From Candidatus Hydrothermarchaeota archaeon (GTDB lineage Archaea; Hydrothermarchaeota; Hydrothermarchaeia; Hydrothermarchaeales; BMS3B), in NCBI GenBank assembly GCA_015521565.1, contig WANX01000002.1:7308-71307 (forward strand): a DNA stretch of 64,000 bases. Reading direction: 5' to 3'. This document shows positions 35,287 through 44,197 of the stretch, in pieces. The position numbers were made by a program, and so were the translations under genes. The notes beneath the pieces are model-generated. The model did no database searches, was not told the origin of the DNA, and saw only the letters and a program-made list of their open reading frames with translations. The stretch's first letter is position 1. Each line of letters begins with the position of its first letter.

Positions 35287-36283
35287 GCCTCTTGTCCTCT
35301 TCGCTCGGGAGGAAGGGGAAGTTCCTGAGCACCTCACCCGGGCGCTCGTTGCCGTAGGGGCGGTTGCACGCCACCTCGCCGTCTCTGCCCCTGCAGCCGG
35401 AGGTCATGAAGGCCTTCCCCTCTTCTATCACCTCCTCCAGCACCTGCCTGCTCACCCCGAAGTCCACAACCTCGCCGCGCGTGGAGAAGCGCATGTCCTC
35501 GTAGCGCGCCAGGTTGCGGTGGATCAGGTACCGCGCGAGCTGAACCCTGCGGTACTGCTCTATGCCCGGCCTTTCATGCTCCTGCATCACAGAACCCGGC
35601 TCGGGGTAGAAGGCGAATAGGTGAGCCTCCGCGCCCGCGTCGTAGGCGCGCTGCACAGCGGCGAGCATCTCCCGCTCGCTCTCGCCCAGGCCGACGATAA
35701 GGTGGACGCTGACGTTGTACCTTCCAAAGCTCTCCACCGCCCAGTCGATTACGCGCCAGTAGTGCTCCCAGCGGTGGGGGCCCTGCATGCCGCGCCCTCG
35801 GAGGGCATCGAAGAGCTCAGGGGTAGCGCAGTCCACGGCGATGCCGCACATCTCAGCGCCCGCGCGTTTGAGCTCAGCAAGCATCTCCTTGTTCTTCATG
35901 AGCGTGGGTGAGATTAACGTTGAGATAGCCAGAGGCGTCTCCTCGCGGAAGCGCCTAACCAGGGTGAGCGTATCCTGATAGGCGCGGGGGTGCGTGACCA
36001 TTGAGATGCACACCCTCTCCAGGTGCTTGCCGTAGGTGTTCGCCCTGGCGATAACCTCGTCCGTCGCGAAGGTGGGCCAGTCCACGCGTATGAAGGTCCT
36101 GCCGCTCAGGGGCACGCGCTTCCTGCTCAGCCCGCAGTAGGCGCAGCTCGCCCTGCAGCCCTCGCTGTAGGTGAGCAGCAGGTTTAGAGCCTTGAGCCTT
36201 GCCCCGCGGTAGAACCTGCCCGGGAATAGCTTCAGCGTAATAGCAGCCGCCGTGGAGGTCTGCACATACTCCGGGCTCTCCAC
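35258..36283 (-). CDS. Radical SAM protein, candidate lipoyl synthase component (LipS1/LipS2- or RadSAM-type)
   Basis: CxxxCxxC cluster CRASCAYC. Last gene of the radical-SAM / LplA / GcvH-like operon. Confidence 0.7.
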   Translation of the reverse strand: MESPEYVQTSTAAAITLKLFPGRFYRGARLKALNLLLTYSEGCRASCAYCGLSRKRVPLSGRTFIRVDWPTFATDEVIARANTYGKHLERVCISMVTHPRAYQDTLTLVRRFREETPLAISTLISPTLMKNKEMLAELKRAGAEMCGIAVDCATPELFDALRGRGMQGPHRWEHYWRVIDWAVESFGRYNVSVHLIVGLGESEREMLAAVQRAYDAGAEAHLFAFYPEPGSVMQEHERPGIEQYRRVQLARYLIHRNLARYEDMRFSTRGEVVDFGVSRQVLEEVIEEGKAFMTSGCRGRDGEVACNRPYGNERPGEVLRNFPFLPSEEDKRLIRRHLGLA

Positions 36284-36735
36284 TACTCTTCCTCCAGCCT
36301 TGCTATCTCCTGCTCAATCCACGCCTTAATCTCCTCGCTCTCGCTCAGAAGCTCCTCGTGGCTGAGCTCCGCCTCGCTGCTTGGCTTCACCCTCACTATC
36401 CAGGCCTCGTAGGGTGACTGGTTCACCAGCCTGGGGTTCTCCATCACCTCGCGGTTAACCTCAACCACCCTCCCCGCCACGGGTGAGTAGAGCTTGCTCA
36501 CAAACTTCGCGGACTCAATGTTTGCGAAGGCCTCGCCCCTCTCGAGCCTCTCGGCGGTGACGGAGAGGTAGTTCAGGTATCCTGCGCTCTCGGCGAGGAA
36601 GGCGTCTATGCCGAGAAGCAGGGTGTCGCCCTCGCGCTTTACCCAGATGTGGGCATTCCTCCCTCTATAGTAAAGCCTGTCCAGGGGAAACTCGTACTCG
36701 CCAACCTTCAAAACCTGCTCTGCCTTGAGCTCCAT
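36283..36735 (-). CDS. Glycine-cleavage H-protein-like lipoyl-carrier protein (GcvH/LbpA-like)
   Basis: 150 aa with H-protein topology and a candidate lipoyl-lysine in IESAKFVSKLYSPVAGRV. Confidence 0.7.
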   Translation of the reverse strand: MELKAEQVLKVGEYEFPLDRLYYRGRNAHIWVKREGDTLLLGIDAFLAESAGYLNYLSVTAERLERGEAFANIESAKFVSKLYSPVAGRVVEVNREVMENPRLVNQSPYEAWIVRVKPSSEAELSHEELLSESEEIKAWIEQEIARLEEE

Positions 36736-37734
36736 TCAGCTACCTCCTGCAATGCTGCGGGCCGCCTCCTCAATGCGGGGGCTATACTCTAAGCTCTCGG
36801 CAAGGATATTTAAGATTTTCTCGTAGCTCGCCTCCCTGCCGAGAAGGCGCTCCTCGAGCTTCCTCACCCTCCTTTTACCTCTCCAGGCTCTTACCCATCT
36901 CAGCCTGCCCTCACTGCGCTCAGCGATTATCTCCACCTCACCAGCCCTTGCGAAGGCCAGGTAGCACCCCTCGGCGATTTTCAGCTCCCGCGCTCGCCTG
37001 CCGGGCATGAAGAGCCACTCTCTGGAGAGGTACTTCCCCTCCAGGCGGTGCATCTCCCGTGCTATCTCTGGGGTCAGCCTCGCCTCCTCGAGTTCCCCGA
37101 AGAGCTCCTCGAAGTTCCCTATCAGTGCGCGCTTAACCTCCTGCGGGGAGAAGTCGCCCAGCTGCTCCCTCAGCGTGGTCAGCCTCTCCCTCATCAGCCT
37201 CTCCGCCCTCGCCCGCATCACCTCACTTGGCAGGCGGAGCACCCTGCTCATGAGCGCGCGGTCAAAATCGAAGAGGATGCTGCCGCTCAGCACCTTGCAC
37301 TCGCCTATTAAGCCTGCACCGTTGCCCGAGATCTTCCTCCCGTCCACCACAAGGTCGTTCGCGGGTTTGTAGCGCGCCTCCAGGCCAAGCTCGCGGTAGG
37401 TTGCGATAACCGGCGAGAGAAACTTCCTGTAGAAGGTTTCATTTCTTACAGGCGTGTGCTCAGCATCGCGGCGGACAATCACGTGGTAGAAGAGCTGCTC
37501 CCTGTCCAGCAGAACTATGCCCCCGCCTATCTCCCGCCTGAAGTAGGGTATGCCCCGCCTCCTCATGAACCCCAGGTCGAGCTCCCCGGGGGAGTTGAAT
37601 AATCCCAGGCAGGCGTAGCACTCGCGGGTGCGCTGCACCACCACCGCCTCAACCCCGAGCCTCGCAAGCGCGTGGTAGATGAGCTGCGTTTCCTTCCAGG
37701 ACATAAAGCCCAAGTCGAAGAGTTTCACCGACAT
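36736..37734 (-). CDS. Lipoate--protein ligase family protein (LplA-like)
   Basis: BPL/LplA catalytic-domain architecture. Conserved Lys-containing GRKISGNGAG region, analogous to the LplA GRKISGSA motif. Confidence 0.7.
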   Translation of the reverse strand: MSVKLFDLGFMSWKETQLIYHALARLGVEAVVVQRTRECYACLGLFNSPGELDLGFMRRRGIPYFRREIGGGIVLLDREQLFYHVIVRRDAEHTPVRNETFYRKFLSPVIATYRELGLEARYKPANDLVVDGRKISGNGAGLIGECKVLSGSILFDFDRALMSRVLRLPSEVMRARAERLMRERLTTLREQLGDFSPQEVKRALIGNFEELFGELEEARLTPEIAREMHRLEGKYLSREWLFMPGRRARELKIAEGCYLAFARAGEVEIIAERSEGRLRWVRAWRGKRRVRKLEERLLGREASYEKILNILAESLEYSPRIEEAARSIAGGS

Positions 37735-37737
37735 GGC

Positions 37738-38697
37738 TCACACCAGTGTGCAGCAGAGCTCAGAGAACCTCAGCTCAAGTCCGCGCTTCTCCGCATATTC
37801 AAGCGCCTCCTCGGTGGGATAGGCGATGGTGTTTACCCCGGCGTCTATGGCGAGGGCCTCAATCTCCGCCTTGCTCCCCGCCGGCTTGGCGCAGCCCAGG
37901 TTCAGCTTTGCAGAGGGGTTCAAAATCCTGGCAACCGCCACAAGCCTTGCAACCTCCTCCGCAGGCGGTGGCTCAACGCCTTCGAAGGGCGTGCCGTAGA
38001 GCGGGGAGAGCACCACCACCACAATCACCTCGGGCTCAGCTCTTGTAATTATGCGTAGCGCCTCGTACTCGCCGCGAAACTCGCCGCGGTATAAGCCGGC
38101 GACGATGTGCGGGGCTATGCTCAAGCCTGCACGCCTTAAATTCTCAAGCGCCCTCGCGTAGTCAGCTGGCGCCCTGTCCAGGTGGTACACCTCCCTTATA
38201 GTCGCCTCGTCGCCTATCACGTCCAGGAGCACCTGCTCCACGCCAGCCCGCCTGAGCGCGAGCGCATCCTCTTCGCTCACAAGGCCTGAGTGCACTATAA
38301 CCCTGAGCCCCATCTCCCTGAGCTTCCGCATCGCTGGCAAAAAGTCGCGCAGGGGCACGCGTCCATCTCTGGTTGCGCCCCCGCTTATGAGCACTCCCCT
38401 TGCACCCCGCTCCGCAAGCCTTCTGCCCAGAGCTACCAGCTCCTCCCCGCTCGCCACGTGGTGCATGCTCTCCAGAAGCTTTCCCCTGCAGTGCTCGCAG
38501 CGAAGCTCGCAGGCTTTGCCTGTGACGCTGACGTTCACAAAGCTTCCGGGAGAGTTTCTGAAGTTCGCCACCTCATAGCGCTTGGCGCTGGGTGCGCTCA
38601 CATAGAGCACGTCCTCAAAGTTCTTCTTCCTGAGCTCCCACGCTGTGCGCAGAAGCTCCTCCAGCGGCTTATCCCTGAGCTTCTCAATCGCACGCAT
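37738..38697 (-). CDS. Radical SAM protein, second candidate lipoyl synthase component
   Basis: CxxxCxxC cluster CELRCEHC. First gene of the operon. Confidence 0.7.
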   Translation of the reverse strand: MRAIEKLRDKPLEELLRTAWELRKKNFEDVLYVSAPSAKRYEVANFRNSPGSFVNVSVTGKACELRCEHCRGKLLESMHHVASGEELVALGRRLAERGARGVLISGGATRDGRVPLRDFLPAMRKLREMGLRVIVHSGLVSEEDALALRRAGVEQVLLDVIGDEATIREVYHLDRAPADYARALENLRRAGLSIAPHIVAGLYRGEFRGEYEALRIITRAEPEVIVVVVLSPLYGTPFEGVEPPPAEEVARLVAVARILNPSAKLNLGCAKPAGSKAEIEALAIDAGVNTIAYPTEEALEYAEKRGLELRFSELCCTLV

Positions 38698-38729
38698 CGC
38701 CAGAAGCTACGCTGCGGGGGGATAAATAA

Positions 38730-39446
38730 TTAACGCAGCAGAAAGAGCGCCGCACCCGCGCCCGAGAGTCCGCCCGCAAAGCTTGAGAGGAGATTCACGC
38801 CGGCGTTGCTCAGCATTCCGCGCCGCTCCAGAGTGGCGCCCAGCAGACTGTCGAAGTTGAATCCTATTATGCCGCCCACCAGCGCCGAAATAAGGCATGC
38901 CTCAAGCGGGGCAATACCCAGGACGAAGGCGAGCAGGCCTATCAGCAACGCCCCTCCGAATCCGGCGAGTTCGCCAAGCGGGGTGATGCCGCCGTTGGTG
39001 CCGTGGGGAACCTTTTCCAGGGTTGTAATAAGCACAGGCCTGCGCCTGCTGAGAACGCCAAGCTCAGAAGAAAGCGTGTCCGCGGTAACAGTGGCAACAC
39101 TTGCTATGTAGCCCGCTGCAAAAAAAGGTGAGCTGTCCCCAGCGTAGTACAGTCCGGCGAACACCGCCGGGAGTGCTCCATTGGCAAGTACATTTATAAC
39201 CCTTCTCCGGCCACCATCGGGCTCAGATACATTGAGCTTCCTCTTGTACGCATACCTGTAGCGAGTTGCCGCAAAGCCGAGAAGGAGAAAGCTGAGCAGA
39301 AGCAAAAGCCAGGCAAAGCCTGCTGAAAAATATACAAACGCCCCCATGAGCACCGCCAGTGCTGTTCCTCTGGCATCCAGAACCCCCTTCCAGTATATGA
39401 TAGCTCCTGCAACAAGGCACACCAGCAGGGGGAGATACATATCCAT
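38730..39446 (-). CDS. DUF92/TIGR00297-family integral membrane protein
   Basis: Polytopic membrane protein with a Gly-rich C-terminal half typical of DUF92. Confidence 0.6.
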   Translation of the reverse strand: MDMYLPLLVCLVAGAIIYWKGVLDARGTALAVLMGAFVYFSAGFAWLLLLLSFLLLGFAATRYRYAYKRKLNVSEPDGGRRRVINVLANGALPAVFAGLYYAGDSSPFFAAGYIASVATVTADTLSSELGVLSRRRPVLITTLEKVPHGTNGGITPLGELAGFGGALLIGLLAFVLGIAPLEACLISALVGGIIGFNFDSLLGATLERRGMLSNAGVNLLSSFAGGLSGAGAALFLLR

Positions 39447-39470
39447 AAACCTCCGCGGAGGAGGTTTCCT

Positions 39471-40100
39471 CTACGCCTCTCCTTCTGCAGCAGCGACGAC
39501 TGCCTGGGGCGCTTCCTCCGGGTACCTGAGCACCTTTATCTTCCTTACCTCCACCCGCTTCAGGGGATATATCCTGCTCGCTTCTCTGTACATGCTGGCA
39601 GAGATTTTGCCCGCCACAACTTCCTGCACAAAGGCATCGAGGTCCCTGCTCTCAGCAGCCTCCCGAATCATGTCCACGAGAATCCTGCGTATCGCCCGCT
39701 CCTGCGAAGTCTGGGCCCTCCCGAAGGCCAGGGCTATGACGCGTATCCTGAGCCTGTGCCCGTCCTTCGTTGTAACGTCCACTATCCCCTCAACACGGGT
39801 GCTCTTCCTCCTTATCTGGCTGCGCATGTACTCACGGGAAAGGCTCTGCCCCTTGAAGCGGGTGTAGGCGTTGCTCCCGCGCACATCCACTATCTGAAAC
39901 CTGAGCTTTATATGCTGCTTTGTGAAGTCCCCGCTTATTTCCTTCATGGTGGTCTCAATAACGCGCCCGATAAGCTGCTCAGGGCTGCTCGCTATGGTTT
40001 CGCCCACCTTCACCTCACCGAACATCTTCGGAGCAAGGATGTCGTACCACCTCTTGGTCTTCCAGGTGTCTATCCTGCGCCTCTTAATAGCCCTTGCCAA
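39471..40100 (-). CDS. rps3ae: 30S ribosomal protein S3Ae (S1e)
   Basis: Collinear with archaeal S3Ae (MARAIKRRRIDTWKTKRWYDILAP...). Confidence 0.9.
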   Translation of the reverse strand: MARAIKRRRIDTWKTKRWYDILAPKMFGEVKVGETIASSPEQLIGRVIETTMKEISGDFTKQHIKLRFQIVDVRGSNAYTRFKGQSLSREYMRSQIRRKSTRVEGIVDVTTKDGHRLRIRVIALAFGRAQTSQERAIRRILVDMIREAAESRDLDAFVQEVVAGKISASMYREASRIYPLKRVEVRKIKVLRYPEEAPQAVVAAAEGEA

Positions 40101-40285
40101 TAATATTCCTCCGTCAGGGTGATCCTGTAAAAATCTCCTATGCTCCTTACTGCGCTACCATTAAAAAAGTTTTTGGAGAGGTGGAAGGGCTGTGCCGGGA
40201 GCTTGAAGAAAATTTCAACAAAAAGTATTTAAAGTATTTGATGGCAATAAAATAAATAAAGGGAAAGGAAAAGAGGATTCCTTGT

Positions 40286-40861
40286 GTGCATGTGGGGATT
40301 GGGATGGTAAGTTCCTCTGATTTTGAAACTGGCAAAGCTCAGGCATGTGAGGCTGATAGAAGTAAGAACTGGCGCCTCTTCTGGATAGCGGTGGCCGTGG
40401 TGGTTGGACTTATACTTCTGCTCCCTGTGAAGCTCATAACCACCGGGCACGGACTGCTGGAACCCTGGTTTATCGGATATCTCGCCTTTGCGGTGGCCGC
40501 CTTCTCCTTCATAGCGGTTCAGCTCATCAAAAAGCGGTGCGGCCCTGTGCCCACCATGAAGGAGGTGCTCTCAGGTAGAAGGGAGGTGTACACCCGCCGC
40601 AGAGAGGATGAGGTGGAGCTTCCCGAGGAGGATGTAGAGCTTCTCAACAGCATAAGGGAGCTCATGGAGTGGTTTGAAGAGGGGAAAATGACAGGTGGAA
40701 GGTACAGAAACTACCGGGAGAGGCTTGCGGAGATGGAGCGCTGGCTGAGAACCGGGATAAAAAAAGATATTGAAATTAGAAACCTAAGAAAAGAGCTCAA
40801 AAAACTCAGAGAAGAGGTAGAACTGCTGAAAGCGTCTCAGGATGGCAGAGAAAGAGAATAG
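40286..40861 (+). CDS. Membrane-anchored coiled-coil protein, first gene of the signalling operon
   Basis: Two TM helices followed by a charged coiled-coil tail. Overlaps the next gene by 20 nt. Confidence 0.4.
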   Translation: MHVGIGMVSSSDFETGKAQACEADRSKNWRLFWIAVAVVVGLILLLPVKLITTGHGLLEPWFIGYLAFAVAAFSFIAVQLIKKRCGPVPTMKEVLSGRREVYTRRREDEVELPEEDVELLNSIRELMEWFEEGKMTGGRYRNYRERLAEMERWLRTGIKKDIEIRNLRKELKKLREEVELLKASQDGRERE

Positions 40862-41756
40862 CACAGTCGAGCGGGGGGAGTTTGCAGGAATTGAGATAAC
40901 CGATAAAGATATGGAGAATGTGAGGAAATTGAGAGAAATCGTCCTGGCAGAGCTGAGGAATTCCGGGGATGTATCAGAGCATCCGGATTTCGGAAATCTT
41001 GCGGAGAAGATGGAAGAGCTGCTGAGGGTGAGAAGCAGGGCTGTTACGACTGAAACGACCTTTCTGCTCCCCGCAGACTTCGCAAGGCTTGTGGAACTTA
41101 TTTTTTATGCTGTGAGGCGCAGAAGTGGACAGGAGATTCTGATGTATCTCATGAGTTTTATTAAGCTGGTAATCTTCAGCCAGGCACAGTCTCTCGAAAG
41201 CCGCAGGGGCCGGGAAGAGGAGAGCGGGACGCTCTTCAGAAGAATCTTCGAAGCGGCAGCGGACACCATATTCCTTCTTGCACCCGATGGCTCCATACTC
41301 CATGCCAACCCTGCGGCACAGAGAGCTCTGGGCGTGAGCTCAGGTGAGCTGGCGGGGAGAAAGTGCTACAGCGCAATCCACGGACGCAGCGGGTGGTGTG
41401 ACCCTGGCGAGTGTACCATTGAGAAGGTGCTGCGGGGCGAGGTGGTTACCGGAGCGATTCACAGACACAGAAGCGGTGATGACGGCTGGATGGAGGTGGA
41501 GGTCTCCGCCTCCGGCATTGCCGATGAAGAGGGTAGAATAATTGCGGTGGTTGAGGTCGCCAGGGATGTGAGTATCTGGCAGAGCAGGGTACGGGAGCTT
41601 GAAAAGAGGCTGGAAGAGCTGGAGAGGTGGAGAAAGGTTACTGTTGATAGAGAGCTGCGAATGGCGGAGCTTAAAGAGGAGAACCGGAGACTGAGGAAGG
41701 AGATTGAAAGACTGAGGAGGATGTGCACACAGGATGAAGAAAGCCCCGAAGGATGA
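40842..41756 (+). CDS. PAS-domain sensor protein with C-terminal coiled coil
   Basis: PAS core FRRIFEAAADTIFLLAPDGSILHANPAAQRALG. Has a CxxxxxC pair (CYSAIHGRSGWC). Confidence 0.65.
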   Translation: MAEKENSTVERGEFAGIEITDKDMENVRKLREIVLAELRNSGDVSEHPDFGNLAEKMEELLRVRSRAVTTETTFLLPADFARLVELIFYAVRRRSGQEILMYLMSFIKLVIFSQAQSLESRRGREEESGTLFRRIFEAAADTIFLLAPDGSILHANPAAQRALGVSSGELAGRKCYSAIHGRSGWCDPGECTIEKVLRGEVVTGAIHRHRSGDDGWMEVEVSASGIADEEGRIIAVVEVARDVSIWQSRVRELEKRLEELERWRKVTVDRELRMAELKEENRRLRKEIERLRRMCTQDEESPEG

Positions 41757-43845
41757 GGTGGAAAGGCTTAGAAGGATGTACGGGACCCTCGTAGAGGTAA
41801 ACCGGGCGGCTGTACGTGCCGGGAGTGTGGATGAGCTGCTGGAGAGGGTGTGCAGAATTGCGGTGCAGAGGGCAGGACTTGAGTTTGCGTGGGCCGGCAG
41901 GGTAATGGGAAGGCGCGTGAAGCCCCTGTTCTTCCACGGGGGGTCCCCGGCCCATATCCGTGCGGGCATCCCTGCGGCTATTGCAGCTGTGCAGAAGGGA
42001 AAGGCGGTTGTGGAGCCTCAGGAGGAGGACTCCAGGCTCCGCTGCGCTGCAGTTCCGGTGTACATAACTGAAGATACCGCCGTGGCATTTGCATTCTGCT
42101 CTTCAGAACCCGAATTCTTCTCCGGTTCAGGACGGGAGTTCTTTGAGCAGCTGGCCGGAGATGTATCCTCCGGAGTGGAGCATCTGCGGATGCGGAATGA
42201 AATTGAATACAGATTGCAGAGGCTCAAAAGGTTTGGAGATGCGCTGAGAGAGTTTAATGAAGAGGCCGGCGCGACCGGAGAGAGGCTTCAGAGGATTGTC
42301 AGGCGAACTGCTGCCTGCCTGGGAGTGGACAGGGCAGGGGTGTGGGTCTTCAGTGAAGATGGGTCAAAGCTCGTGTGCCGGGTTATGTATCTGAGGGAAG
42401 ACGACAGGTTTGCTGAGAGCCATGTGCTTGAGTGTGACAGCTTTCCTGAGTACTTCAAGGCGCTTGGGGAGGGAAAAACAGTAGCCTCTGAGGACGCAGC
42501 CGGTGACCCTGAGGTGAAGAAGCTGGCCGGAAGATATCCAGCCGAAGCCGGTGCCAAGGCCCTGATTAACGTGCCTGTAAGAGCAGGCGGCAGAGTTCTC
42601 GGCGTGCTGTGCTGCGAGCATGGAAAGGCGCGTAAGTGGCTGCCGGAGGAGCGGGAGTTCATCGCATCCGTGGCAGGAGTTGTGTCGCACGTCCTGCGGG
42701 GCCACGAGACACGTAAAAGACTGCGGGAGCTCTCTCTATTTCCGGAAAAGAATCCAAATCCTGTTTTTATGGTCGGCAGAAACGGAGAGATTCTCTACAG
42801 AAATCCAGCGGTGCTGAAATACGTGCCCGCACCCGGGGAGGTCTCAAAGCTCCTGCCAGAAAACATCACCCGGCTGGCAATGAGAGCCTGCGATACAGGA
42901 AGGGTTCTGAAGGCGGAGCACAGCTTCCGCGGCAGGTATTTTGAATACACCATCTCTCCGGTCTCTGAGGATGCTGCCAATGTGTACGGCAGGGAGATAA
43001 CCGACGTTAAGAGGGCGCAGGAGGAGCTCGGCAGATACGCCGGAGAGCTGGAGAAGAGTCAGCGTGCCCTGCTCAACATTCTCGAGGATGAGCAGGAGGC
43101 TGTTAAAAAGCTGGAGGAGGCGTACAGAGAACTAAAGACCCTTGACCAGCTTAAAAGCGACATAATCGCAAACGTCAGTCACGAGCTCCGCACACCCATG
43201 ACGATAGCAAAGGGATTTGCGGAGCTGGCGCTGGACGAAAGAGATGAGGAAGAGCGCAGAAGGAACATACTCAGGGTTATCAGGGCGCTGGAGAATCAGA
43301 ACGTAATAATTGGCAACCTCATCACAGTGGCAGAGGCCTCAAGGGAGAAGCTGAAGCTCCAGGTGTCCTCCTTCCCCGTAAGAGAGCTCATCAAAGCAGC
43401 CCTCGACAGGAAAAGGGATGAGATAAAAAGCAGAGGACTCATGCTTGAGGTGGAGATTGAGGATTGTGAAGTGGCGGGCGACCTCAGGAGGCTCACCAGC
43501 GTGCTTTCCAACATCCTGGACAACGCAATAAAGTTCAACCGTCCGGGAGGAGAGATAAGGGTAGAGGTGCGCAGGGGCAGGGGAAATGTGCTTATAACGG
43601 TGAGTGATACAGGTATAGGAATCCCGGGTGATGTCATGCCAAAAATCTTCGACCCCCTGTATCAGGCGGACGCCACGGCGCGGCGGAGATATGGAGGAAC
43701 CGGAATGGGACTGGCGGTTGCCAGAATAGTGGTGGAGGCACACGGAGGAGAAATATACGCAAGCAGCAGCCCGGGTAAGGGGTCCCGGTTTACTGTGGTG
43801 CTTCCTTCGGGAGGATTTAAGGATGAAAAAGGTGCTGGTGGTTGA
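41734..43845 (+). CDS. Sensor histidine kinase (GAF, PAS, HisKA, HATPase_c)
   Basis: H-box SHELRTPMT. N, G1 and G2 boxes (LDNAIKFN, DTGIGIP, GGTGMGLAV). Confidence 0.85.
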   Translation: MKKAPKDEVERLRRMYGTLVEVNRAAVRAGSVDELLERVCRIAVQRAGLEFAWAGRVMGRRVKPLFFHGGSPAHIRAGIPAAIAAVQKGKAVVEPQEEDSRLRCAAVPVYITEDTAVAFAFCSSEPEFFSGSGREFFEQLAGDVSSGVEHLRMRNEIEYRLQRLKRFGDALREFNEEAGATGERLQRIVRRTAACLGVDRAGVWVFSEDGSKLVCRVMYLREDDRFAESHVLECDSFPEYFKALGEGKTVASEDAAGDPEVKKLAGRYPAEAGAKALINVPVRAGGRVLGVLCCEHGKARKWLPEEREFIASVAGVVSHVLRGHETRKRLRELSLFPEKNPNPVFMVGRNGEILYRNPAVLKYVPAPGEVSKLLPENITRLAMRACDTGRVLKAEHSFRGRYFEYTISPVSEDAANVYGREITDVKRAQEELGRYAGELEKSQRALLNILEDEQEAVKKLEEAYRELKTLDQLKSDIIANVSHELRTPMTIAKGFAELALDERDEEERRRNILRVIRALENQNVIIGNLITVAEASREKLKLQVSSFPVRELIKAALDRKRDEIKSRGLMLEVEIEDCEVAGDLRRLTSVLSNILDNAIKFNRPGGEIRVEVRRGRGNVLITVSDTGIGIPGDVMPKIFDPLYQADATARRRYGGTGMGLAVARIVVEAHGGEIYASSSPGKGSRFTVVLPSGGFKDEKGAGG

Positions 43846-44197
43846 CGACGAGAGGGACATGCTGCGGCTGGTAAAGCGGCTGCTGGAAGATGAGTTTGTG
43901 GTTCTCACTGCCGAGAGCGCAGGTGACGCGCTGGAGCTGGTGAAGAAAGAGATGCCCGATGTGGTGCTCCTTGATATAATGATGCCTGATATGGACGGCT
44001 GGGACTTTCTGGAGAAGTTCCAGAAGCTCAGAGGCGCACAGAAGGTGCCCGTGATTATCTTCAGCATACGCAGCGAGGCGAGTGAGGTGCTCTCGGGGCT
44101 GGCGGTTGAAGGTGTGGCGGACTATATTACAAAGCCTTTTGACCCGAATGAACTCAGGGAGCGGGTGAGGCGGGTGGTGCTGCATGGGAGAGAATAG
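43823..44197 (+). CDS. Single-domain CheY-like response regulator
   Basis: VLVVDDE, LLDIMMPDMDG and conserved Lys (TKPF). Confidence 0.85.
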   Translation: MKKVLVVDDERDMLRLVKRLLEDEFVVLTAESAGDALELVKKEMPDVVLLDIMMPDMDGWDFLEKFQKLRGAQKVPVIIFSIRSEASEVLSGLAVEGVADYITKPFDPNELRERVRRVVLHGRE

